From the NCBI GenBank assembly GCA_965223545.1, contig OZ245006.1, positions 4,000,001-4,064,000 of the forward strand: a stretch of DNA of 64,000 bases, read 5' to 3'. The position numbers were made by a program, and so were the translations under genes. This document shows, piece after piece, positions 9,394 through 20,462 of this stretch. This DNA comes from Planctomycetota bacterium (GTDB taxonomy: Bacteria > Planctomycetota > UBA1135 > UBA2386). The notes beneath the pieces were generated by a model. The model worked only from the letters and a program-made list of their open reading frames with translations, was not told the DNA's origin and did not search any database. Position 1 is the stretch's first letter, and every line of letters begins with the position of its first letter.

Positions 9394-9975
9394 TCAGTTC
9401 GGTCGCTTGCTCGACTGCACCGCTTCCTCGGCGGCGTCGAAGATGTTCATCCAGTCGCGCTGGTTGGGGTCCTCGACTTCCTTGCTCTTGGCGACCTGCT
9501 TGTCCTGCTCGGTCTGCCACTCGTGGAAGTCGGAGAAGTGCTCCTGGATGACGGTCTTGTTCTCGGAGATCAAGCCGACGTGCGGAAACAGATCGACGTT
9601 GTACTCGCGCTGGATCTGATCCAGGACCTCGTAGGAGGTCAGGATCGGCATGGCGATGCTGACCCCGCCGTCCCCGAAGGTGTCGAGGGCCACGATCTGG
9701 TTCTTGAAGATGATCTCCTTGGGCAGCGACTCGCACGCTTCCTTCGAGATGTCGAAGTGGCTGGCCATGATGAAGGGCACTTGAAAGTGGTCGACGACGA
9801 TCTTCGCCAGGTCCCACTCGCTGACGTAGCCGCCCGACACCAAGACGTCGACGAAGGACTCACCGAACTGGTCCTGGCTGTACAGCGCGTCCGTCAGGAC
9901 GTCACCCGCCACCAGGCTCTTCTGCGAGAGCACCTCGGCGAGCCGAACGCTGGTGAGCTTTTCGAGACCCTTCAC
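9394..9975 (-). CDS. Stand-alone MshEN/T2SSE_N-like protein without an ATPase domain
   Basis: RLAEVLSQKSLVAGDVLTDALYSQ resembles the 24-aa MshEN motif and is followed by a GspE N1-like segment; GTG start at 9975 chosen. Confidence 0.6.
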   Translation of the reverse strand: MKGLEKLTSVRLAEVLSQKSLVAGDVLTDALYSQDQFGESFVDVLVSGGYVSEWDLAKIVVDHFQVPFIMASHFDISKEACESLPKEIIFKNQIVALDTFGDGGVSIAMPILTSYEVLDQIQREYNVDLFPHVGLISENKTVIQEHFSDFHEWQTEQDKQVAKSKEVEDPNQRDWMNIFDAAEEAVQSSKRPN

Positions 9976-10089
9976 ATCGTGTCTTGTCGACTGCTGGGAG
10001 ATCGATCTTGAGTCGTGGTCGGCTGCCGCTGGGCCCGCGGCCAAGCTGCCATGCCACCGAAGCTCGGCGCACCTCGCTGGCGGCGCCGG

Positions 10090-11586
10090 TCAGGCGAACT
10101 GGACCACCGTCAGCAGACTGTGCACCAGGAGAATCGTCACCATCCCCAGCACGATGCACGAGTTGACGGCATTTCCGACATCGCGGCCGGATCGTTTGGG
10201 GCCGATCGCGAGGTGGTAGGTGAGGGTGGCCACCAAGAAGCCCGACAGCACGGTCTTGAGCAGGATGTAGCGCAAGTCCTGGCGTTCTACGGTGCGAAAG
10301 AACGACTCGAGCCAACCAAGCGTCGATGCATCGGTGAACAGCTTGTAGGCGATGAACGACGACAGCGAAGCGCCGACGATCCCGGCGGCGGTGACGATCG
10401 GCATCGCGATACTCATCGCCCACACCAGCGGCGTCAGCAGGTAGTCCGCCGGCCGCACCCCCATCAGCTGCAGGGCGGCGACTTGGTTGGTGCGCTTCAT
10501 CGTGCCGATGCGCGCTGCCGCGCCGGCAGCCATCCGCGCCGTGAAGAAGAAGCCCGCCATCAACGGCACCAGCACCGCGACCAGCACCTTGCCGACACCG
10601 GTCAACAGCTGGTTGGTGAACGCGCTCTCCAGCGGGTTGTTGTCCAACGAGAAGAACGTCGCCAGGCCACCGATGGTGACCCCGGCGAGCACGGTGAACA
10701 GCACTGGCTCCACCGTGTAGCGCAGGACGGCGCGCGCGACGACCCGGGCAAAGACCGGCGGCAACCGAAGCACGGCCTCGACCGCGGTGTGCGTCAGTGC
10801 CGCGGCGCTGAGGACGACCTGTCGCATGCCGTACAGCGCCGGGTCCTCGTCCACCTCGACGCCACCGGGCTGCTCGCCGTCGACCTCTACCAACTCGGTG
10901 CCACAATCGTGCAGCGTCCGGGTGGCCGGGTCGAGGCGCAGCACGCGATCCGCCAGGCCGGCGAACGCCTGCACTTCGTGGGTGATCACGATGGTCGTGC
11001 GGCGCGGCGCGGCCCGGTGCGTGTCCGCCAACAGTTTGGCGATCTCGCGCGCCGACTCGGCGTCGAGGCCGGCGGTGGGCTCGTCGTACAACATGAGCTC
11101 CGGATCGAGCGCCATGGCGCGCGCCACCGCGACCCGCTTGCGCATGCCGCCCGACAGCTGTGCGACGCTCGCCGGCGGCGCCGCCAAACCGGCCTGCGAC
11201 AGCAGGCCGAGCGCGAGCTTCGGCGAACGCCCGGCAGTGCGCAGGGCGAACTCGACGTTGCGCCGCGGAGATAGCTCGTCGAGAAGCCCCTCGTCCTGCA
11301 GCACTGCGGCGACCCGTCGCCGCAGCGCGGCCGGCAGCGCGCCGCGGACGCGATGCCCGAGCACGCGGACCGCGCCGGTCAGGCGAGGCGCCGGCTCCCG
11401 CGTCTCCCACAGACCCGTCAGCAACCGCAGGATCGTCGACTTGCCGGAGCCGCTCTCACCGACCAGCAGGCAGAACTCGCCGCGCTCGACCACCAAGTCG
11501 ACGCCGCTGAGGATCGGGAGATCCCGTCCCGCGCGGCGGTGCGCGAGCCCGAACCGCTCGAACTCGATCGCCGCCCCGGTGGTCAC
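10090..11586 (-). CDS. Fused ABC ATPase (MlaF-like) + MlaE-family permease
   Basis: GESGSGKST, LSGGMRKR, YDEPTAGLD and ITHE, followed by the MlaE-type 'ARMAAGAAARIGTMKRTNQVAALQLMGVRPADYLLTP' and TM helices. Confidence 0.88.
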   Translation of the reverse strand: MTTGAAIEFERFGLAHRRAGRDLPILSGVDLVVERGEFCLLVGESGSGKSTILRLLTGLWETREPAPRLTGAVRVLGHRVRGALPAALRRRVAAVLQDEGLLDELSPRRNVEFALRTAGRSPKLALGLLSQAGLAAPPASVAQLSGGMRKRVAVARAMALDPELMLYDEPTAGLDAESAREIAKLLADTHRAAPRRTTIVITHEVQAFAGLADRVLRLDPATRTLHDCGTELVEVDGEQPGGVEVDEDPALYGMRQVVLSAAALTHTAVEAVLRLPPVFARVVARAVLRYTVEPVLFTVLAGVTIGGLATFFSLDNNPLESAFTNQLLTGVGKVLVAVLVPLMAGFFFTARMAAGAAARIGTMKRTNQVAALQLMGVRPADYLLTPLVWAMSIAMPIVTAAGIVGASLSSFIAYKLFTDASTLGWLESFFRTVERQDLRYILLKTVLSGFLVATLTYHLAIGPKRSGRDVGNAVNSCIVLGMVTILLVHSLLTVVQFA

Positions 11587-13070
11587 GGGGTCGGCCTCAG
11601 ACCCTCCGGCACCAGGGACAGCGAGACCATGCGACCCGCCCCGGACTGACCGCTCTCGTTTCCGCGCAGCGCCACCACGCGCTCGCCGACCACTGCTGCG
11701 GCCCCTCGAGTGGCGGCATCGTCGGCCAACGCCGATGGATCGGCCGGCGCCTTCGACACGACGCGGTCGTCATCGATCGAGTACAGCTGCACCGAGTCGA
11801 CGCCCTGCCAGTCGTCCGTGAACTGCAGCCGGCCCGCCGCCGTCAACGGCACCGCAGCCTTGTCCGCGCCCTCGAGATCCAACATGAGCAGGGTCAGATC
11901 CTCGCCGTCGGGAGCGACCCAAGTGCGCATCGCGCGCAGCACCGTGCCGTCGGTCAGCTGAATGCTGATCCCCTCCTTCTTGATCTCCGGATCGGCACCG
12001 AACGCGTCGCGCTCGAAGTAGCTCGCGTCGCTGACCGTGCGCGTAGTGGCCACCAGCACACGTCCTTCGCGATCTTCGTACAGCACTCCCGTCCCCTCGC
12101 GGCGGATCTCGTCATCCGGACTCCACCAGTCCTCCTCGACCGCCTCGTAGATCACGCGCGCCAGCCGGATGCCGGTCTCCGCCGGCGGCTCGTCCTGGTT
12201 CGTGGCCACGCGTTCGACCGGGATCTTGTCCAGCGTGAGCTCGGGACGCTGGGTCTCGGCGGCGAGGACGCTGCCATCGGACAGGGGCAACCCCGCGCCG
12301 GGTTCGGTGAAGTAGCTGACGAACGGCGCCAACAGAGCACCGATGTCGTGCACGTCGATCCCGCGCAACAGAGCGCCGGACAGCCGCGGCCGCGCGACCC
12401 AGAACTTCGTTTTATCGGTGACCGTGGCGCGCTGGTCTCGCTCGATGCGGACGTGCAGCCGCACGTGGCCGCCGTCCGCCGCGAGTTCGATCCGCCGCAC
12501 CTCCCCGGTCTGCACGCCGCGGTACATCACCGCCGAACCGGGCTGCAGACCGTGGTTCTCGGGCAACAACAGCACCAGCTGCAGATCGCCGCGCTTGGCC
12601 GGGGCGAAGCTCAGGTCCGTCGCGTCGGCGAACGGTTGCTCGTCGCCGGCGACCGAGCTGCCGTTGGCGAGCTGCACGCCGAACGGATCGGGCGTGTAGA
12701 ACGACAGATACGCATCCCGCACCAGGGTGTCGAGTCCGGACGCCCCCCCCGTGATGCCGCCGAACCGCGGAGTCACGATCCAGAAGTGGCTGTTGGTGCG
12801 CGCCAGCCCTTCGCGGCTGGGCTCCAGCACGATCGTCGCGATGCCCTTCTTGCCGTCTTCACGCAAGGTCACGTGTCGCACGCTGCCGACCAGGACGCCG
12901 CGGTACTTGACGTCGGCACCGGGCAGCAAGCCCCCGACGTCGCGGAATTCCACGTTCAGCCGGAAGTAGCGACTCTTGTCCTCGTCCTGCAGCAGCTCGA
13001 CCAAATACCAACCGCCGGCGACCGCCAGCGCCAACGTGACGACACCGAGGAAGTAGCGAAAGCGATCCAT
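11583..13070 (-). CDS. Two-MCE-domain (PqiB/LetB-like) protein with an extra C-terminal domain
   Basis: N-terminal TM; two MCE motifs 'GGLLPGADVKYRGVLVGSV' and 'HGLQPGSAVMYRGVQTGEV'; PqiB-like 'FWIVTP..GLDTLV'. Confidence 0.85.
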   Translation of the reverse strand: MDRFRYFLGVVTLALAVAGGWYLVELLQDEDKSRYFRLNVEFRDVGGLLPGADVKYRGVLVGSVRHVTLREDGKKGIATIVLEPSREGLARTNSHFWIVTPRFGGITGGASGLDTLVRDAYLSFYTPDPFGVQLANGSSVAGDEQPFADATDLSFAPAKRGDLQLVLLLPENHGLQPGSAVMYRGVQTGEVRRIELAADGGHVRLHVRIERDQRATVTDKTKFWVARPRLSGALLRGIDVHDIGALLAPFVSYFTEPGAGLPLSDGSVLAAETQRPELTLDKIPVERVATNQDEPPAETGIRLARVIYEAVEEDWWSPDDEIRREGTGVLYEDREGRVLVATTRTVSDASYFERDAFGADPEIKKEGISIQLTDGTVLRAMRTWVAPDGEDLTLLMLDLEGADKAAVPLTAAGRLQFTDDWQGVDSVQLYSIDDDRVVSKAPADPSALADDAATRGAAAVVGERVVALRGNESGQSGAGRMVSLSLVPEGLRPTP

Positions 13071-13159
13071 TCGTTCCTGCCGCGATCAACCCGGGGTCGC
13101 GGATTTGCTCCGTCGCCGGCGGTATCGGTCGGTGCGGGGTTTGTTCAACGCACCTTCGG

Positions 13160-15887
<2,728 letters not shown>

Positions 15888-15895
15888 CGGTGCCT

Positions 15896-17008
15896 CTAAG
15901 AGTTGCTGATCGGCATCAGCACGTAGGTCGTGGACTCGCCGAGCGTCAGCTTGGCCGGCGTCTCCTCGTCCGTCATGTCGAGCCGCACCGTCTCCAGCTC
16001 ACAGATCTTGAGCGCGTCCAAGACGAAGTCGGGGTTGAAGCCGATGGTGCCGCCCGGCCCCTTCACGTCGACGTCCATGACGACGTCGCCGCGACCGATG
16101 CCCGAGCTCTCGGCAGAGAGCTCCAGGCTCGAGCTGCTGAAGCGAAAGTGCACGAGACGCACATCCCCGCTGCTGAGCACTGCCACCCGCCGGAGGTTGG
16201 CCTCCAGGGTCGTGCGGGGGATCTCGACGGTCGTGTCGGCCGCCCGCGGAATGACCCCCTCGTAGTCCGGAAACTGTCGATCCAGCACGGTGGAGACCAG
16301 CATGGTCTCGCCCGAGGCCTCAGGGCGCATCAGGAAGCCCGCCTGATTGGGGCTGAAGACGATGTTGACCTCTTCGTCGCCGGTCTCGGGCAACGCCTTG
16401 GTGAGGGCCTGCAGCGCGCGCAGGGGCACGATCATCTGCACGTCGGGCAAGTCGGTGTCCAGATTGCGGTAGCACAGCGCCAGCCGGCGGCCATCGGTCG
16501 CCACCAGCCGCAGGCACGAGTCGCGGACCTCGACCATCACACCGTTGATCGCATAGCGCGACTCCTCGCGCGCCGCCGAGAACGCGGTGGACCGCACCAT
16601 CCGCAGAAACTCGGCCGCCGGCAGCTTGAGGGTGTGGCCCTCCTCCAAGTTGGCCTTCTCGGGGAAGTCGGAAGGATCCGACCCCACCAGCTCGAACTGG
16701 CCACCGCCGGCGTGCAGGCTGCTCTTGAAGTCCTTGGTCTCCACGGTGACCGTCGCGTCCTCGAGCTCCCGCAACAACGCGTAGGTCTCCTTGGCGGGCA
16801 ACAACGCGGTGCCAGGGGTCTTCACCTTGACGGAGTCGAGGTGCAGGCGCGCCGAGATCTCGAAGTCGGTGGCGAACAAGGTCAGGCCGTTCTCGTCCGC
16901 GCGCAGCAGGGCGTTCTTGACCACGGGGTTGGTCGTCTTCAACGGCGCGATCCCCGCTGCGACAGCGAAGAGTTCGGTCAGCTGGTGCCGGTCACAGAGG
17001 ATCTTCAT
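15896..17008 (-). CDS. dnaN: DNA polymerase III beta sliding clamp
   Basis: ATDFEI, SRYAINGV, VATDGRRLA, FPDYEGVIP, IGFNPDFVLDAL, YVLMPI. Confidence 0.96.
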   Translation of the reverse strand: MKILCDRHQLTELFAVAAGIAPLKTTNPVVKNALLRADENGLTLFATDFEISARLHLDSVKVKTPGTALLPAKETYALLRELEDATVTVETKDFKSSLHAGGGQFELVGSDPSDFPEKANLEEGHTLKLPAAEFLRMVRSTAFSAAREESRYAINGVMVEVRDSCLRLVATDGRRLALCYRNLDTDLPDVQMIVPLRALQALTKALPETGDEEVNIVFSPNQAGFLMRPEASGETMLVSTVLDRQFPDYEGVIPRAADTTVEIPRTTLEANLRRVAVLSSGDVRLVHFRFSSSSLELSAESSGIGRGDVVMDVDVKGPGGTIGFNPDFVLDALKICELETVRLDMTDEETPAKLTLGESTTYVLMPISNS

Positions 17009-17054
17009 TCGGGGCTCCCGGGGACATGTGCGTCACCGCGCGGGGGTCGCTCCG

Positions 17055-17420
17055 CGTGGTAGAGATGAAGTAGATCTTAAGAAGATCCTCATCCTCTTAA
17101 ACGTCCTGTTTCGAGTGTGGAGAGCGTAACCGTCCGTGCCCGAAAGAGCGACTCTGGACCTCGCCGGAAGCCTCCTTCCGGGGGCCCCGGAATGGGGACA
17201 ACCTGCCCACAATTCGCGGGCGGTTGTCGAGAGCACGCGACAGTCTGGGGATGGTTGTTGGCGGTCGCTCCGCCCGTCCAGGAATCGACCACGCCACCCC
17301 CCAGGAAACTCAGCGGCGACTGACGAATCTCTCGACCAGTAGCGGCTCCAGATGTCGGGGGCGGCGGGAAGATCGAGCGCGCGGAGTGTCAAAAGTTGTC
17401 CGCCCGGGACAGTCACACCC
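17055..17420. other. Probable replication origin (oriC) between dnaA and dnaN
   Basis: AT-rich tract with GAT/ATC-like trinucleotides at 17061-17100, next to degenerate DnaA-box-like 9-mers: TGTGGAGAG 17116-24, TGGGGACAA 17193-201, CTGCCCACA 17203-11, TGTCGAGAG 17225-33, TGGGGATGG 17246-54. Confidence 0.7.
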
Positions 17421-17516
17421 CACTCCCGTGATCGTGCAGGGTCGGGGATCGACCGGTGTGCGGAACGCTGGGTCCGCAATCGAGCAGCAGCGCGGCCGGA
17501 GCCGGCGCGCATCGAT

Positions 17517-19055
17517 TCAGCTGTCGTCGCGGGCGACCTGGGTCAGGTGCTCGCCGAGCTGCTCGACCTGGCTCTGGAAGGCGTGGTCCTTGGCGCAGCG
17601 CTCTTTGATCTTGGCGACGGCGTACAGGACCGTGGTGTGGTCCCGCTTGCCGAAGAAGCGGCCGACCTCTTCGAGCGAGTGCTCGGTGTGCTCTCGTGCC
17701 AAGAACATGCCGATCTGACGCGGCAGGCTGACGGCTTGGGTGCGGGCCTTGCCGAGGATCTCCTTCGCGGTGACGGAGAACTCCTCGGTGATCAGCTTGA
17801 GGATCGCCGGCAGGGTGACGACGACCGGTCGACGTCCAGGAGTGCTCTTCAGGGCTTGCTTGGCCAGCGCGAGGTCGGCAGGGCGGCGCTCGACGGTGGC
17901 CAGGCCGAGCACCTTGATGAGTGCTCCCTCGAGCTCGCGCACGTTGCTGGTCACCGACTTGGCGATGAAGTCGGCGACCTCGTCCTCCACGCTCGAGCCG
18001 CGCAGGAACGCCTTGCGCTTGACGATCGCCGCGCGCGTGGCGACGCACGGCGCTTCGATCTGCGCCTCGAGGCCCCAGCGAAACCGCGACACGAGCCGGT
18101 CTTCGAGCGTCGGAATCTCGGGTGCCGGTCGGTCGCTCGACAGGATGATCTGCCGGTGCGAGTTGTACAGCGCGTTGAACGTGTGGAAGAACTCGACCTG
18201 TGTGCGCGTGGTGCGGGCCAGGAACTCGACGTCGTCGATGACCAGGATATCGGCGGACCGATAGAAGGCGCGGAAGGCCTCCAACTGTTGGTTCTGTGCC
18301 GCCTCGATGAAGCGGTTGGTGAACTCCTCGCAGCTGAGATACACGACCCGACAGTCCTGGTGCATCTGCTTGAGGGCGTGGGCGATGGCCTGCAACAGAT
18401 GCGTCTTGCCCAGGCCGACGTTGCCGTGCACGAAGAAGGGGTTGTAGGCCTGACCGGGGTTGGCGCCGATCGCCATCGCGGCGGCGTGCGCCAGCCGGTT
18501 GCAGCGGCCGACGACGAACTGCTCGAACGTGTAGTGCCGGTTCAGCTCGCTGCGCGGCTGAACCAGATCGAAGGCGTAGTTCGGGGTCGCCGCCGCGCCC
18601 GAGGGCAGGGAGCCCGCCGGCTTTCCCGCGCCGGGCGGCGCGTGCGGTGCATCGTAGATGCTCTCCTGGATGTTCTCGACGACGCGCTGGACGTCGGTGC
18701 CGATGGGGAGCTCGCTGCGCGCCGGAGGTCCGTTGGGCTGCGCCTGCGCCGGGTCGACCGTCGCCCCATCGGCAGCGCGATCGGCCGGGGCGGCAGCCTC
18801 GGCGACGCCGATGCGCACGTCCATCGGGCTGCCGATCGCCTTCTCGACCGCTTGCCGCACGCAGGGCATGAAGTGCTTGGCGATCCAGTCGCGCATGAAC
18901 CCGTTCGGGGCGACGAACTCGATCGCCCGGTCATCGGATTCGGCGACCGAGAAACCGCGAAACCAGGTCTCGTACTGCTCTTGCTGCATGAGCAGCTTGA
19001 GTTCCGACAACACCTTGGTGCGGATCGACTCGGCAGGAGGGTGCGAGTAGGGCAT
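17517..19055 (-). CDS. dnaA: Chromosomal replication initiator DnaA
   Basis: YTFEQFVVG..NRLAHAAA, YNPFFVHGNVGLGKTHLLQAI, IDDVEFL, EFFHTFNAL, RLVSRFRWGL, NVRELEGAL, RDHTTVL. Confidence 0.98.
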   Translation of the reverse strand: MPYSHPPAESIRTKVLSELKLLMQQEQYETWFRGFSVAESDDRAIEFVAPNGFMRDWIAKHFMPCVRQAVEKAIGSPMDVRIGVAEAAAPADRAADGATVDPAQAQPNGPPARSELPIGTDVQRVVENIQESIYDAPHAPPGAGKPAGSLPSGAAATPNYAFDLVQPRSELNRHYTFEQFVVGRCNRLAHAAAMAIGANPGQAYNPFFVHGNVGLGKTHLLQAIAHALKQMHQDCRVVYLSCEEFTNRFIEAAQNQQLEAFRAFYRSADILVIDDVEFLARTTRTQVEFFHTFNALYNSHRQIILSSDRPAPEIPTLEDRLVSRFRWGLEAQIEAPCVATRAAIVKRKAFLRGSSVEDEVADFIAKSVTSNVRELEGALIKVLGLATVERRPADLALAKQALKSTPGRRPVVVTLPAILKLITEEFSVTAKEILGKARTQAVSLPRQIGMFLAREHTEHSLEEVGRFFGKRDHTTVLYAVAKIKERCAKDHAFQSQVEQLGEHLTQVARDDS

Positions 19056-19208
19056 GGGGAGCGCGGAGCGAACTCGGACGACCCGAGGTACGCATCCCGG
19101 GCGGGGCAGGTCCGAAGCGGAGCGGGAGGGAAGGGCAGCTACACCGCAGCGCGTGACGACCGGCGCGCAGCGATCTCGGCTTCTTCACTCACTCTTAGCG
19201 AACTTCGC

Positions 19209-19313
19209 CGCGCTTTGAAAGCGCGTGCGAATCGAACTTCGCAAAGCCGATGGCAGCGGCGATCAAAGTGCGTTGTGCAACTGCCCCATCGGCGTTCGAA
19301 GAAATTGCGAAGT
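19209..19313. promoter_or_regulatory. Palindrome and nested inverted repeats upstream of dnaA
   Basis: CGCGCTTT-G-AAAGCGCG (19209-25); ACTTCGCAA (19236-44) / TTGCGAAGT (19305-13) enclosing GCCGATGG (19246-53) / CCATCGGC (19286-93). Confidence 0.45.
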
Positions 19314-19355
19314 GGTAAGATTCTCGGAGGCCGCGCACCGCGCCGGGGCTCGGAT

Positions 19356-20462
19356 TCAAGGACGCGCCGCGCGTCGGGCGCGCAGGTGTGCGATGGCGTC
19401 GGCAACGGCGTGGCCGGCAGCGCGCGCGTCGTCGATCGAGGTCGTGTGCGATACGCTGAAACGAACGCAGCTGCGCGCGTCGTGTTCGTCCAGACCCATG
19501 GCCGTCAACACGCGCGGTGGTGATGGTGCACCCGATGAACACGCCGAGCCTTGCGATGCCTGCACCCCGGCGAGATCCAGCGCCGGCATGAGGGCGCGGC
19601 CGTCGATTCCGGCGAACAGATATGCTGCGGTGTTCGGTATGGCGTGCGTCGGCGTCAGCCGGCGCGCATCCGCGGCGGCCATCGCGGTCTCGAAGGCGTC
19701 GAGGGCGGCGCCCATGTGGGCCGCGCGCTGCGCGCGTTCGTCGACCGCGAGCTGGACCGCCAGCGCGGTCGCCGCCGCCAGTGCCGGCGAGACCGTGCCC
19801 GCGCGGTGGCCGCGTTCTTGGCCACCACCGCGGATCAGCGGGGCGATCGAGGCGGGGTGGCGCAGCCACACGACGCTGGCTCCGCGCAGTCCGGCCGCCT
19901 TGTGGGCGGAAAAGGTGATCGAATCGGCCAGCTGGAGCACGGGCCGGAGATCGACGCGGCCGAGGGTCTGCGCCGCGTCGACGTGCAGCGGGACACCGGC
20001 GTCGTCGGCGACGGCGCGGGCTTGTTCCAGCGGCTGCAAGGTGCCGACCTCGCTCTGCGCGTGCACCAGGCAGACCAGCCCGATGGGTTGGTCGACCGCG
20101 GTGACGGCAGCGGTTGCGTCCGGCCGCACTTGCCACCACACCGCGCCGCGGCGCTCGGCGCCCACCGTCACCGACGGGTGCTCGACCGGCGCGAGCAGAA
20201 CCGGCAGCGCGGTGTCGCCGGCGCCGTTGACGATCAGGTTGTTGGCCTCGGTGCCGCCGGAGACGAAGACGAGCTGGTCGGGCTGGGCGTCGAGCGCCCC
20301 GGCCAGCGCGTCGCGCGCGTCCTCCACGGCGCGTGCCGCGCTCCGCCCGCTGCCGTGGAGGCTCGCGGGGTTGGCCGGCGTCGCCCGCTCGACTTCGATG
20401 AAACGTCGCAACACCCGCGGGTCCACCGGGGTGCAAGCGTTGTGATCGAGGTAGATCTTCAT
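19356..20462 (-). CDS. iscS: Cysteine desulfurase (IscS/NifS family)
   Basis: IYLDHNACTP, ANPASLH, SGGTEANN, HVDAAQ, FSAHK (PLP lysine), GGGQE..RAGT, SQGSACSSG. Confidence 0.92.
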   Translation of the reverse strand: MKIYLDHNACTPVDPRVLRRFIEVERATPANPASLHGSGRSAARAVEDARDALAGALDAQPDQLVFVSGGTEANNLIVNGAGDTALPVLLAPVEHPSVTVGAERRGAVWWQVRPDATAAVTAVDQPIGLVCLVHAQSEVGTLQPLEQARAVADDAGVPLHVDAAQTLGRVDLRPVLQLADSITFSAHKAAGLRGASVVWLRHPASIAPLIRGGGQERGHRAGTVSPALAAATALAVQLAVDERAQRAAHMGAALDAFETAMAAADARRLTPTHAIPNTAAYLFAGIDGRALMPALDLAGVQASQGSACSSGAPSPPRVLTAMGLDEHDARSCVRFSVSHTTSIDDARAAGHAVADAIAHLRARRAARP

